The notes: generated from the sequence alone by a model not told the origin. Shown: positions 41,861-53,113, counted from the first letter of the stretch. The stretch is DNA of 64,000 nt from Desulfomicrobium sp. (GCA_040768745.1 JAXGMI010000002.1:480001-544000); one strand, 5' to 3'. Made by a program: numbers and translations.

Positions 41861-42700
41861 TCACAACGCATAGGGTGTCAGACTGCGTACGCCCGTTTCC
41901 GTCACCAGCACGGTTTGCTCGAACTGGGCGGAAAGGGAACCATCGGCGGTGACTACGGTCCAACCGTCGTTCAGCCTTCTGGTTTGTGGACCGCCCTGAT
42001 TGATCATGGGTTCGATGGTGAAGACCATGCCCGGGACGAGCACGATGCCCATGCCCGGCCTCCCGGTATGGTTGACCTGGGGCTGCTCGTGGAAAGCGTG
42101 CCCCACTCCATGGCCCACCAGTTCCCGGACAACGGAATACCCTGCCCCTTCGGCATGCCGCTGGATGGCGTGCCCCACATCGCCCAGGGTCGCCCCGGGC
42201 CGGACGGCCTCGATGCCCAGGCTCAGACAGCGGCGCGCAGCATCCACAAGTTCCCTTGCCTCGCGAGAGACTTCACCGACCAGAAATGTACGATTGGCGT
42301 CGGCGAACCAGCCTTCGAGGATGCTCGTCACATCAACGTTGACAATGTCCCCTTCGCGGAGCTCGCGCGAACCGGGAATGCCGTGACAGATCTCCTCGTT
42401 GACGGAGATGCAGACGCTTTTGGGAAAACCGCGGTAGTCCAGCGGGGCGGGCCTGGCCCCATGATCCAGGGTATACGCATGCACCAGTCCGTTCAGGCTC
42501 TCGCCGGTCATGCCTGGCCTGATATGGGCTGCAACCATGTCCAGGGTGCGGACCACCAGTTCTCCTGCCCTGGCGATGCCCTCCACCTCCTCGTCGCTCT
42601 TGAGACGGATGCGGAATCGCTTCCAGTATTCCTCTGCCAGGGATACGGAGCGGATGCGGCGGGTCAGCTTGGCGTGGGCGTTTCTAAACAGCATGCTCAT
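41861..42700 (-). CDS. map: Methionine aminopeptidase type I
   Basis: FPKSVCISVNEEICHGIP, GHGVG..FHE, FTIEPM and SAQFEQT. Confidence 0.96.
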   Translation of the reverse strand: MSMLFRNAHAKLTRRIRSVSLAEEYWKRFRIRLKSDEEVEGIARAGELVVRTLDMVAAHIRPGMTGESLNGLVHAYTLDHGARPAPLDYRGFPKSVCISVNEEICHGIPGSRELREGDIVNVDVTSILEGWFADANRTFLVGEVSREARELVDAARRCLSLGIEAVRPGATLGDVGHAIQRHAEGAGYSVVRELVGHGVGHAFHEQPQVNHTGRPGMGIVLVPGMVFTIEPMINQGGPQTRRLNDGWTVVTADGSLSAQFEQTVLVTETGVRSLTPYAL

Positions 42701-42805
42701 CCTTGATGTTTTCCCCTTCTGCCCTGGAAGCGCCTGGCTGTCCAGCGCAGCAAAGCATTGCCTTCCCGGGTTCTTTGGGACATTGTGCCGAAAAAGGAGG
42801 CCACC

Positions 42806-43006
42806 ATGACAACCATCAAGATATCAGGCATGTCCTGTGAACACTGCACCGGATCTGTCACCAAGCTGCTGCAGTCCATACCCGGAATCTCCAATGTGTC
42901 GGTCACTCTGACTCCTGGCCAGGCCAGCTTCACTGCCGGACCTGAAGTCGATGTGGACAGCGTCAAGGATGCCATTCGCAAGATCGGTTTCGAGCCTGTA
43001 TCCTGA
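42806..43006 (+). CDS. Heavy-metal-associated (CopZ-like) protein
   Basis: GMSCEHC motif, 66 aa, AGGAGG ribosome-binding site. Confidence 0.88.
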   Translation: MTTIKISGMSCEHCTGSVTKLLQSIPGISNVSVTLTPGQASFTAGPEVDVDSVKDAIRKIGFEPVS

Positions 43007-43500
43007 TGTTCGCCACGGCCCGCAAGATCCTCCTGCTCGTTCTGGGCATCCCCTTCGTCATGCTGGGCACGAGGTTTCTCCTTGACGCCGGGAAAAGCGC
43101 CTACGTGTATTGGTCCGCAGCATCGTGGTCCCCTCGAAGCGCGGAGCTGCTTGGGGTAGACCTCTTCTCCAGCGATGACCAGGCCCTGGGCAACCAGACT
43201 GTGGCCCGATACCGCTATGAATTCAGTGGCACGAGCTATGACGGCCTGTTTTCCTGCATCGGTGACGAATGCCCTGAAAACCTGCACGCCGACCTCAAAG
43301 CCGCGCAGCAGGAGAGCCGAACCGTGACAACCCTGGTCAACCCCGGCAGGCCGGACCAGTCCGTCCTGTTCCGGCATCTGCATGTGCCCCTGCTTCTGCT
43401 CAAGGTTGGAGCCGGTCTCTTTTGTTTTTTCACTGGCAGCGTGGCCGTCATCTTCGGGGTCTATCTGCTGCGAGGCAGGCCCGCCGGGGAAAAAGCATGA
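43006..43500 (+). CDS. Membrane protein, DUF3592-like
   Basis: Two transmembrane segments flanking ARYRYEFSG..VNPGRPDQS; start overlaps the upstream stop. Confidence 0.6.
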   Translation: MFATARKILLLVLGIPFVMLGTRFLLDAGKSAYVYWSAASWSPRSAELLGVDLFSSDDQALGNQTVARYRYEFSGTSYDGLFSCIGDECPENLHADLKAAQQESRTVTTLVNPGRPDQSVLFRHLHVPLLLLKVGAGLFCFFTGSVAVIFGVYLLRGRPAGEKA

Positions 43501-43802
43501 TCCACGTCGTCGCCCGCATCCAACTCAAACCGGGCATGCTTCCTCCTTTTCTGCTCGAATTCCGGGAGCTTGCCGTCCTGGTGCGACAGGAGGCCGGCTG
43601 CATGGACTACTTTCCAGCCCGGGACGTGCGCACCGGAATGGAAACACAGGAATACAGCCTGGATGCCGTCACGATTTTCGAGAAATGGTCCGACAGAAGG
43701 GCGCTGGAGGCACATCTGCGCTCCGGGCACATGCGCAGCTTTCAGGACCGCATCAAAGATATGGTTCTCGACACCCGCCTGAGCATCATTGAAGAGATAT
43801 GA
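43497..43802 (+). CDS. ABM-domain putative quinol monooxygenase
   Basis: MIHVVARIQLKPG, EAGCMDY and FEKWSDRRALEAHL. Confidence 0.85.
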   Translation: MIHVVARIQLKPGMLPPFLLEFRELAVLVRQEAGCMDYFPARDVRTGMETQEYSLDAVTIFEKWSDRRALEAHLRSGHMRSFQDRIKDMVLDTRLSIIEEI

Positions 43803-43868
43803 ACCTCGCGGCCGGCGCATCCTTCCGCAACGGATCACACCCTGGAACTGCTGACATCCCTCGCACGA

Positions 43869-44507
43869 TCAGCCGCGCTGTTCCAGGGCAAGCTTGGCCA
43901 GGGCATTGACCACCGAGGCGGCCAGACTCGATCCACCCTTGCGGCCTGCCACGGTGATGTAGGGAACCGCGTCCTGGGCCATGAGGAGTTCCTTGGATTC
44001 CACCGCGTTCACAAATCCCACAGGCATGCCGATGATGAGCTGCGGCGGCCTGGCCCCCTGTCCGATCCAGTCCAGAAGCCGCACCAGGGCTGTCGGCGCA
44101 TTGCCGATGACAAAAATATCCGCCCCGCCATGGGCCATGACCTCGTCAACGGCGGCCCACGCCCTGGTCACGCCCTCGGCCTTGGCCCGCTTGGCCACCC
44201 GGGCCTCGTTCATCAGACACCGGGCTGTGCACCCCAAAGGATCGAGCCGACGCCGGGGAATGCCGACCAGCGCCATGTGCGTGTCAGTGACGATGTCCGC
44301 CCCGGCCAGGAGCGCTGTCTTTCCTGCAAGAACGGCCTGGGGGTGAAAGCGGATATGGGTCAGAAGATCGAAATCCGCTGTGGCATGGATCATGCGTCGG
44401 GCAACAACCCACTCCTCAGCGGCGAAGGGCCTTGGTTCTGGCACTTCGGCATCAATGATGGCCATGGATCGGGACTCGATCTCTTCCGCCGGTACGTGTG
44501 TGTACAT
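43869..44507 (-). CDS. cbiC: Precorrin-8X methylmutase
   Basis: RMIHATAD, IGNAPTAL, PVGFVNA.ESK and GRKGGS. Confidence 0.95.
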   Translation of the reverse strand: MYTHVPAEEIESRSMAIIDAEVPEPRPFAAEEWVVARRMIHATADFDLLTHIRFHPQAVLAGKTALLAGADIVTDTHMALVGIPRRRLDPLGCTARCLMNEARVAKRAKAEGVTRAWAAVDEVMAHGGADIFVIGNAPTALVRLLDWIGQGARPPQLIIGMPVGFVNAVESKELLMAQDAVPYITVAGRKGGSSLAASVVNALAKLALEQRG

Positions 44508-44548
44508 GAAGTTTCCTTATCACCCTGATTGGTTCAGGATGTATGTCA

Positions 44549-45226
44549 TCAGGGGAAAGAACGTTCGCTTTTGCCATTTTCAGAAGCTTCATGGATGGTC
44601 AGCACAACCACGCTGTCCTGTTCAAAAAACTTCTGATCGACATGGCCGAACAGCGTGTGCTCCACATCCAGCACGACTCTGGCCCGCTTATAGGGCTTGT
44701 CGTCGTGTCCCACGCGGATCCTGCGCACCAACCGGCCGTGGCATTCCACATCGCGTCTGAGGCCATTTTCAGGCAGCGTGCCATCGAAATCGCAGACCAC
44801 GCGTCCAGGGGGCACCCCGTCGAGCATGAAGAGGTCCGGGAGAACCGGACTGTCCAGGTAGATCGACACTTTTTCCTTCGCCTCGTGGACCTCGAATTCA
44901 ATGCGCACGATCCGTCCTTCACGAAAACGCAGACAGGAGGATTCCTGCTTCCGGTATACAGGAACCCGTACTCTGGCATTAGGGACCAGCGCCCCGGAAT
45001 GGGCAACGGCCGGGTTCAGTTGCGCAAAAGCACGGCGGGCATGGACATACTCCCGCATGGAGGTGATGCAGTTGTAACGGAGCAGAATGGCGCGGATGCT
45101 ATCCCCCGCAACAATGCGATGCTCCCTTGCGGCGGGCGTAGCCGGAGCCGCATGGAGGAGATCGCCCGAAAATTGCGGCAGTATGGCCCCGAGGACCAGG
45201 CAGACGAAGAACATCCTACACTTCAT
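44549..45226 (-). CDS. Exported protein with LysM-like and AMIN-like domains
   Basis: Signal peptide; HRIVAGDSI..LNP..VRVP; PGRVVCDF..VRRIRVG..RVVLDV. Confidence 0.6.
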   Translation of the reverse strand: MKCRMFFVCLVLGAILPQFSGDLLHAAPATPAAREHRIVAGDSIRAILLRYNCITSMREYVHARRAFAQLNPAVAHSGALVPNARVRVPVYRKQESSCLRFREGRIVRIEFEVHEAKEKVSIYLDSPVLPDLFMLDGVPPGRVVCDFDGTLPENGLRRDVECHGRLVRRIRVGHDDKPYKRARVVLDVEHTLFGHVDQKFFEQDSVVVLTIHEASENGKSERSFP

Positions 45227-45501
45227 GACGATATCTTCCTCGAGCGTGCTGAGATTTGGCGTGAATGTATCTGTAATCAAGAAGGATGAAAAAGAAAATC
45301 AATTCCATGCATCATTTTCAACCTGCAGGGGCAGGTGACCGCGCAACATGGGCTTGACCTCGGGGACTGGGCACGCCAAAAGGTTTGAAAATATGGTCGC
45401 AGCGACGGTCCAGACCGGAAAAAAATTCAAAAGGCCTCCCCGTGGCGGGCCAAGCCCGGACAGACCGTTCTGACGGAAGAGGACTGCGGCAAGGAGACAG
45501 C

Positions 45502-46194
45502 ATGAACACCCTGACCTGGCACGGCCACTCGGCCTTCGCCATAACATCCGGAAATAAAACAATCCTCATCGACCCCTGGTTCGACGGGAACCCCTCGGCC
45601 AAGGCCGCGGCGGCGAACATCGACGCCGACCTGGTCCTGGTCACCCACGACCATGGCGACCACGTCGGCCAGGCCCTGGACATCTGCAGGCGCACCGGGG
45701 CCACCCTGGGCTGCATCGTGGAGCTGGCGGCCAGGCTCAAGTCCCAGGGTCTGCCGGGCGATCAGGTCCTGAACGGCATCGGTTTCAACATCGGTGGCAC
45801 CGTGATCCATCAGGGCATCTCGGTGACCATGACCCAGGCCCACCACTCCTGCGAAGCCGGCGTGCCCGTGGGCTTCATCGTCCGGCTGGAGGACGGCTAC
45901 ACGGTCTACCACTCCGGGGACACGGGCATTTTCTCGTCCATGGCCCTGTGGGGTAAGCTGCACAGGATCGACCTGGCCCTGCTGCCCATCGGCGGCGTCT
46001 TCACCATGGACGCGGCCCAGGCGGCCATGGCGACCATGATGCTCAGATGCAGGAAGGTCATCCCCATGCACTGGGGCACCTTCCCGGCCCTGGCCCAGAA
46101 CGTGGACGCCTTCAAAAAGGAGCTGGACAAGCTGGAGCTGGGCGACGCGTTGATAAAGGCCGAGGTCGGCGTGCCCGTCGGGCTGGTGCGCTGA
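45502..46194 (+). CDS. UPF0173 metal-dependent hydrolase (metallo-beta-lactamase fold)
   Basis: WHGHSAF, IDPW, THDHGDH, YHSGDT, PIGG and PMHWGTF. Confidence 0.92.
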   Translation: MNTLTWHGHSAFAITSGNKTILIDPWFDGNPSAKAAAANIDADLVLVTHDHGDHVGQALDICRRTGATLGCIVELAARLKSQGLPGDQVLNGIGFNIGGTVIHQGISVTMTQAHHSCEAGVPVGFIVRLEDGYTVYHSGDTGIFSSMALWGKLHRIDLALLPIGGVFTMDAAQAAMATMMLRCRKVIPMHWGTFPALAQNVDAFKKELDKLELGDALIKAEVGVPVGLVR

Positions 46195-46343
46195 CAGGCC
46201 GCCCCAAAACGGTGATCTGCTGCGTCAGCGAAAAAAGCCAGGACGCGCAGTGTATTTTCGCATACATAAGCGGTCTGGCTTTTTTCGCTTCCTTGCATCT
46301 CACCATTTTGGAACGGCCTGCACATTTGGTGTTTTTTAACAGC
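46195..46343. repeat. Long imperfect palindrome, MITE/REP-like element
   Basis: Nested inverted repeats CAGGCCG/CGGCCTG, CCAAAACGGTGA/TCACCATTTTGG and a perfect 15-bp AGCGAAAAAAGCCAG/CTGGCTTTTTTCGCT; ends in TTTTTTAACAGCC. Confidence 0.6.
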
Positions 46344-46416
46344 CAGCCCTAAGACTTCACGACGCCCGGCCGGAAGCCGGTCCCGTGAAGACGGGGTGCC
46401 ATGCGGCGCAACAGAC

Positions 46417-46446
46417 AAGGCCCGGTCGATCGTTCGGCCGGGCCTT
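46417..46446 (-). terminator. Hairpin downstream of trpB
   Basis: AAGGCCCGGtCGA/TCGgCCGGGCCTT stem 8 bp after the trpB stop; weak U tail. Confidence 0.5.
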
Positions 46447-46454
46447 CCTTCGTG

Positions 46455-47663
<1,209 letters not shown>

Positions 47664-47686
47664 GAGTGCCTCCTTGGGGTTTTTTG

Positions 47687-47721
47687 AAAAAAAAAACCGC
47701 GGTCAGTGTGCACTGCCGCGG
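47687..47721 (-). terminator. Attenuator terminator of the trpB leader
   Basis: Minus strand CCGCGG-CAGTG-ca-CACTG-a-CCGCGG followed by 10 T, 23 nt before the trpB ATG. Confidence 0.88.
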
Positions 47722-47749
47722 CTGGTATTCGCTTATCCTCTGGCGGATT

Positions 47750-47827
47750 TCAGGCCAACACGCATCCCACGGCATGTATTCCATGCCGCCACCAAAGAAG
47801 GGAAACGCTGCTGGCCGTGATTTTCAT
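47750..47827 (-). CDS. trpL: Tryptophan attenuation leader peptide MKITASSVSLLWWRHGIHAVGCVLA
   Basis: 25-codon ORF with tandem TGG TGG codons (47794-47789) upstream of a terminator and trpB; below the ORF-track size cutoff. Confidence 0.85.
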   Translation of the reverse strand: MKITASSVSLLWWRHGIHAVGCVLA

Positions 47828-48292
47828 GGAAATTTTACTGCCCCATGCATTCCGCGTTTGTCAAGCGGGGGGGCTTGGGATAGAGAATGGCGGCGTGAAC
47901 ACGCAGGACGGATCCCATGATCACCAAGAGCAACGACACCACCTGGCAGGACCTCATCCTCCGCATCCGGGTAGCACCCTGGTCCATGGGAACAAGACCC
48001 TCATGACCCCTTTCGAGTCGCAGAAAAGGTCCTTTCTGCCACTTCCCAGCCACATTCACGATCAGACCGCCTGCCTGGTCTCCGACCTGGTGACTACGAC
48101 CATCATGGCGCCGAGCACCACGCGGACCATCGAGACGACTGGCCCAACGCGCCAGGCCAAGTGTACTGCGCCGTCATCCATGCAGGGGTTTTCTCGCCGG
48201 AGCGCGAGGACTGCCTGGCAGATCAGCAGGCCCGGGAAGTGCACGGATATTCCAGGCATCGACACATCCGGTTCCGGACGAGAAAAGGCTGC

Positions 48293-49207
48293 ATGAGCGG
48301 CCGCGACGCATTTTCCCGCACCGTTACGGTGGAAGAGGCCGGCACCGCCTGCGACCTGCTGGCCAGGCTGACGGGTTTGCCCAAGGCACGGGTGAAGGAC
48401 TGCATGACCAAGGGTGGGGTGTGGTGGAGCCGGAACGGACGATCCACATGTCGGCTGCGGCGTGCCACATCGGTGGCACAACCCGGGGACAGTCTGGAAA
48501 TCAATTATGACCCGGCCCTCCTGGCCCTGCGCCCTGCACCTCCCACGCTCATTGCCGACATGCATCTGTATTCAATCTGGGACAAACCGGCAGGTGTCCT
48601 GGCCCAGGGCACCCGCTTCGCCGACCACTGCGGCCTGCCGCGCCTGGCCCAGTCCATTCTCGGGATGAAAACGGAGCCCCACCCTGTGCACCGCCTGGAT
48701 CGTGAGGCATGCGGCCTCATGCTCCTGGCTCATGACAACAGGTCTGCTTCAACGCTGGGGCGCCTCTTCCGCCAAGGGGCAGTGGAGAAGAAGTACGCTG
48801 TCGTTGTGGCCGGAATTCCTGACTGGTCAGAAATTGCGGTCGACCTCCCCCTGGACGGGCAGGGCTGCCTGTCCCACTTCACTGTGCTGGAAACGGATCT
48901 CGAGTCCAACAGCTCCCTGATTTCCGCCTGCATCCGAACAGGACGAAGACACCAGATCCGCCGCCATCTGGACAGGATCGGCTTTCCCGTCCTGGGAGAC
49001 CCTCGCTATGGCCAGGGCAATAGCTGCCCGAACGGTCTGCAACTCACGGCGGTCAGCCTTGGTTTCCCCTGTCCATTCACCCACACATGGCAGAGCTGGT
49101 CTTTACCGATCACCAGATTTCCGATTCCCGCCGGGCCCAAACGAAGATCCAACCAGGCTGATTCTCCCACACTTCGCCTTCTCCAGTTCCGGAAAGATCG
49201 GACTTGA
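48293..49207 (+). CDS. RluA-family pseudouridine synthase
   Basis: DKPAGVLAQG, VHRLDREACG and TGRRHQIRRHL..GFPVLGD. Confidence 0.92.
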   Translation: MSGRDAFSRTVTVEEAGTACDLLARLTGLPKARVKDCMTKGGVWWSRNGRSTCRLRRATSVAQPGDSLEINYDPALLALRPAPPTLIADMHLYSIWDKPAGVLAQGTRFADHCGLPRLAQSILGMKTEPHPVHRLDREACGLMLLAHDNRSASTLGRLFRQGAVEKKYAVVVAGIPDWSEIAVDLPLDGQGCLSHFTVLETDLESNSSLISACIRTGRRHQIRRHLDRIGFPVLGDPRYGQGNSCPNGLQLTAVSLGFPCPFTHTWQSWSLPITRFPIPAGPKRRSNQADSPTLRLLQFRKDRT

Positions 49208-49385
49208 ATCAAATCGAACGGAGTTTTTTTGTTCTTCCCATTGCGAAACAGCAAACAACGAGTTATATGAATAATAAATAAGTACCCCTTACAGGGCCTT
49301 GCCCATCTGCTTCAACCCTGTCGCATATCCCTCCTGGCGCCCTGGACGGACAATACCCACTCCCTTTTCGGGAAAAGGAGGTCGC

Positions 49386-49772
49386 ATGACGAAACAGATG
49401 TCCTTCAAAGCACAGCAACGAGAGGTGGAGGCCCGCTACAGGACCCAAATTGACTCTGCGGAATCCACAGAAGATGTGCGGAAGTTTTTTGAACGCACTG
49501 CTGTAAATTTTTTGCATCGTGCGGTCGGAGAGCAGGTCGATGTGCAGCCCGATGATGTATCCTTTGAACCGGACGCGGAACCGGGGTACGCACTGAGTGA
49601 CCGCTTGCTGAAAAACGAGGCCTTTTCAGCCTTGTGGGAGGAGTCGGATCTGCCTCAAATTCTGACTCTGTTGTCTGAGCGGGCCCTGAATCGATACAAG
49701 TATTTGGCCCGCAAGCATCCGGACAAGACGGAAATGAAGATTTTCCAGGTTTCCGGCCCCCGCCGGTATTGA
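49386..49772 (+). CDS. Hypothetical protein
   Basis: AAGGAGG ribosome-binding site, 128 aa, co-oriented with the USP gene. Confidence 0.7.
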   Translation: MTKQMSFKAQQREVEARYRTQIDSAESTEDVRKFFERTAVNFLHRAVGEQVDVQPDDVSFEPDAEPGYALSDRLLKNEAFSALWEESDLPQILTLLSERALNRYKYLARKHPDKTEMKIFQVSGPRRY

Positions 49773-49826
49773 TCCCTCAAAACCTTGTTGAAATGGACAT
49801 CAAAGACAACTTAAAAGGAGGACAAA

Positions 49827-50249
49827 ATGAAAATCTTGGCAGCGGTTGATCAATCGGAATACGCTGGCATTGTGCTCCAGAAAGCCGCAGAACTCTCCTC
49901 CAAGTATGGAGCGGAAGTGACTGCCCTGACTGTGACCAACCTTGCCTTCACGAACCTCTATATTGGGGAGACACCCACAGAGATAGTCAGTAAGGTCCGT
50001 GAGGGGATAAAGGAGAAGGTCAAGGACATCGAAGCAAAAGCCAGGGGGATTGACGGGAAAATCAAGTTCGAGGTGGAAGAAAGCGCTTCCCCTGCTGACG
50101 CCATCGTCAAATATGCGGAAAAGAATGGGATCGACCTCATTGTCATCGGCAACAAAGGTGCCGGCGCAATTGAACGCTTCCTCATCGGCAGCGTGTCCAG
50201 CCAGGTCGTGACCCATGCCCCATGCTCTGTGCTGGTCGTCAAAAAGTAG
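49827..50249 (+). CDS. Universal stress protein (UspA family)
   Basis: KILAAVD and DLIVIGNKG..IGSVSSQVVTHAPCSVLVVK. Confidence 0.95.
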   Translation: MKILAAVDQSEYAGIVLQKAAELSSKYGAEVTALTVTNLAFTNLYIGETPTEIVSKVREGIKEKVKDIEAKARGIDGKIKFEVEESASPADAIVKYAEKNGIDLIVIGNKGAGAIERFLIGSVSSQVVTHAPCSVLVVKK

Positions 50250-50269
50250 CTTTCTGTGAAATTGCTGCG

Positions 50270-50308
50270 CATCAAAAAGCCCGGTTCACACCGGGTTTTT
50301 TGATGCAT
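50270..50308. terminator. Bidirectional terminator between usp and dxs
   Basis: CATCAAAAAGCCCGGT-tcac-ACCGGGTTTTTTGATG, overlapping the dxs stop. Confidence 0.75.
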
Positions 50309-52217
50309 GACCCCCAGAGAGACTGTGTAAGGCCTGAAGGATCCCATCCCGGTTCAATCCCAGCCTGGCTCGCAATTCCTTCTGACTGCCATGCTCGACG
50401 AAAATATCCGGGACCCCGAGACGCTTGAAGCGCAGTTTGGCCAGAGCATCACGGTCGGCCAAGAGCTCCAGAACGGCAGAACCGAACCCTCCTTGCAGGA
50501 CGTTCTCTTCCACCACGAGCATGCATGGCTGCGTGGATGCCAAGGCCAGAAGCTGTTCTTCAGGTAACGGTTTAACAAAGCGGGCGTTGAATACCGCCAC
50601 ATCCCGTCCGGTTTCTGCATGAAACAGCCGGGCAGCCTCCAGGGCTGGATTAACCCGGCTGCCCAGAGCCACGATGACCCCGTCAGATCCATCCCTGAGC
50701 AGTTCCCCCTGTCCCACGGGCAGAATTTCAGGACAGTCCGCCAGGGGTGCGCCTTCGCCCAGACCCCTCGGATACCGCAGGGCCACGGGACCTTCATGGG
50801 CCATGGCCGTGGCCAGCATATTCTGCAGTTCCGGTTCGTTGCGCGGGGCCATGATCATCAGGTTCGGAATATGGCGCAGATAGGAAAGGTCGAATACGCC
50901 GTGGTGGGTGGCCCCGTCTTCGCCCACCAGGCCGCCCCTGTCCAGACACAGTGTGACGCTGAGGTTCTGCAAGCAGACGTCATGTACGACCTGGTCGTAT
51001 GAGCGCTGCATGAATGTAGAGTACACGGCCACCACAGGCTTCATTCCCTGGGAGGCAAGACCGGCTGCAAAGGTCACGGCGTGCTGTTCGCAGATACCCA
51101 CGTCGAAAAACCGATCCGGAAATCGTTCGGAAAAACAGGTCAGCCCCGTGCCTTCGGGCATGGCCGCTGTGATGGCCACGATCCGCTCATCCTTTTCAGC
51201 CAACGTGCAGAGGGTGCTCCCGAATACCTCGGTGAACGTGGGAAGCGAGCAGGCCGCGAACTTTCTGGCAATGCCTGTCTCGGGCTCAAAGCAGCCCACG
51301 CCGTGGAAGTAGGTCGGGTTGGTCTCGGCCGGCTCATATCCCTTCCCCTTCTTGGTCAGAACATGAATGAGAATGGGGCCTTCCAGCTCCCTGGCCTGTT
51401 CGAACACATTGGTCAGCAAGCGCAGATCGTGACCTTTGATGGGGCCGATATAGGTGAAGCGAAAGGCCTCGAAGAGCATGCCCGGCGTGAAAAAACTTTT
51501 GAGTGAATCCTCGCTGCGGCGCGCGTAGTCGGCAATGTCGTCCCCGATCTTGGGGATCTGGCGCATGATGGCCTCAGCCTCCTTCTTGAATCGCTGCACC
51601 CAGCGCTTGGACAGCTTGCGGCTGAGAAATGAGGAAAGAGCCCCGACATTGCGGGATATGGACATCTCATTGTCGTTCAGGACCACGATCAGATCCTTGC
51701 CCAGACCACCGGCCTGATTAAGACCTTCGTAGGCCAGACCGGCAGTCATGGAACCGTCGCCGATGACGGCGACGACGTTGTGGCTCTGGTTGGCGAGGTC
51801 CCTGGCCGCAGCCATGCCCAGGGCAGCGGAAATGGACGTGGAGGAATGACCTACCCCGAAATGGTCGAAAGGGCTTTCCGAAGGGCGCGGAAATCCGCTG
51901 ATGCCGTCCAGCTTCCGCAAGGTGTGAAACCGTTCCAGCCTGCCGGTCAGAAGTTTGTACGCATAGGCCTGGTGCCCCACGTCCCAGACAATGCGATCCC
52001 GGGCCGGATTGAAGACGCGGAGCAAAGCCATGGTCAGTTCAACCACCCCCAGAGAGGGCGCAAGATGTCCACCTGTGGTGGACACGGTCTGAATGATCAT
52101 GCGGCGGATTTCTTCACCCAACCTTGTCAGTTCCTTTTCATTCATGGTCTGCACATCGGAGGGATGCTCAATGGCAGCCAGCATGGGAAAAAGTTCCTGC
52201 AGGGTTTGAAGAGTCAT
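50286..52217 (-). CDS. dxs: 1-deoxy-D-xylulose-5-phosphate synthase
   Basis: [31 protein letters not shown] and [13 protein letters not shown]. Confidence 0.98.
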   Translation of the reverse strand: MTLQTLQELFPMLAAIEHPSDVQTMNEKELTRLGEEIRRMIIQTVSTTGGHLAPSLGVVELTMALLRVFNPARDRIVWDVGHQAYAYKLLTGRLERFHTLRKLDGISGFPRPSESPFDHFGVGHSSTSISAALGMAAARDLANQSHNVVAVIGDGSMTAGLAYEGLNQAGGLGKDLIVVLNDNEMSISRNVGALSSFLSRKLSKRWVQRFKKEAEAIMRQIPKIGDDIADYARRSEDSLKSFFTPGMLFEAFRFTYIGPIKGHDLRLLTNVFEQARELEGPILIHVLTKKGKGYEPAETNPTYFHGVGCFEPETGIARKFAACSLPTFTEVFGSTLCTLAEKDERIVAITAAMPEGTGLTCFSERFPDRFFDVGICEQHAVTFAAGLASQGMKPVVAVYSTFMQRSYDQVVHDVCLQNLSVTLCLDRGGLVGEDGATHHGVFDLSYLRHIPNLMIMAPRNEPELQNMLATAMAHEGPVALRYPRGLGEGAPLADCPEILPVGQGELLRDGSDGVIVALGSRVNPALEAARLFHAETGRDVAVFNARFVKPLPEEQLLALASTQPCMLVVEENVLQGGFGSAVLELLADRDALAKLRFKRLGVPDIFVEHGSQKELRARLGLNRDGILQALHSLSGGHASKNPV

Positions 52218-52225
52218 TGATGCTC

Positions 52226-53113
52226 CTAGTTTGTTCGATCCAAGATATAAAGGGCGATGGCCTTCAGAAACCCAACGCGAGGGTGGGCGAATCCCCCCAG
52301 GGAGTCCACCGCCTGCTCCACGCTCTCCCGGGCCAGAGCCCTGCTCGCCTCGATGCCCAGAAGCGCGGGGTAGGTGGATTTGCCCTGGGCTTCGTCGCTG
52401 CCCACCGGCTTGCCCAGGGCCTTCTCGTCCCCGACCACGTCCAGAATATCGTCCGTGACCTGGAAAGCCAGTCCGATGGCCCGACCGTATTCCGAAGCCC
52501 TGACCTGCACCTCGGCGCCCCCTCCCCCCAAGATGGCTCCCGTGACGCAGGACGATTCGATGAGGGCGCCGGTCTTCTGGGCATGCATCTCCCGCAATTG
52601 GGGCAGGCTTGCAACTTTCCCGGTCAGTCCCATGTCCAGGACCTGTCCGCCGACCATGCCGCGCGGTCCGGCTGCCGTGGAAAGATGTCTGATGGCCTGC
52701 AGCACCCGGTCAGGCGGCATTGCCAGTGACGAAGCCAGGGTGAAGGCTTCCGTCAGGAGGCCGTCGCCGGCCAGGATGGCCGTGGCCTCGTCGAACTGTT
52801 TGTGGTTGGAAGGCTTGCCCCGGCGCAAGTCGTCGTTGTCCATGGCCGGCAGGTCGTCATGGATCAGGGAATAGGTGTGGATGCACTCGATGGCGCAGGC
52901 AAAATCAAGGACCTCCCCCACTTCTCCACCAGCCAGATCGGCCCAGGCCAGAAATAAAACCGGACGCAATCGCTTCCCGCCTGCCAGAAGGGAATATTGC
53001 ATGGAGGCAACCAGTGGCCCCGGCGCAAGTCTGTCACCGAAAACCGAACCAAGCCGGCCCTCCACGCGTCCGGCCAGGACGCGGAGCTCGGCCTTCATTT
53101 CCTGAGGGGTCAT
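52226..53113 (-). CDS. ispA: Farnesyl-diphosphate synthase / geranyltranstransferase
   Basis: [22 protein letters not shown] and FQVTDDILD. Confidence 0.95.
   Translation of the reverse strand: MTPQEMKAELRVLAGRVEGRLGSVFGDRLAPGPLVASMQYSLLAGGKRLRPVLFLAWADLAGGEVGEVLDFACAIECIHTYSLIHDDLPAMDNDDLRRGKPSNHKQFDEATAILAGDGLLTEAFTLASSLAMPPDRVLQAIRHLSTAAGPRGMVGGQVLDMGLTGKVASLPQLREMHAQKTGALIESSCVTGAILGGGGAEVQVRASEYGRAIGLAFQVTDDILDVVGDEKALGKPVGSDEAQGKSTYPALLGIEASRALARESVEQAVDSLGGFAHPRVGFLKAIALYILDRTN

Noticed and set aside
47880..48292. Possible small gene or selenocysteine read-through ORF upstream of the RluA gene
   Set aside because: No frame gives a recognisable protein, strong ribosome-binding site or redox motif around a TGA; left unannotated
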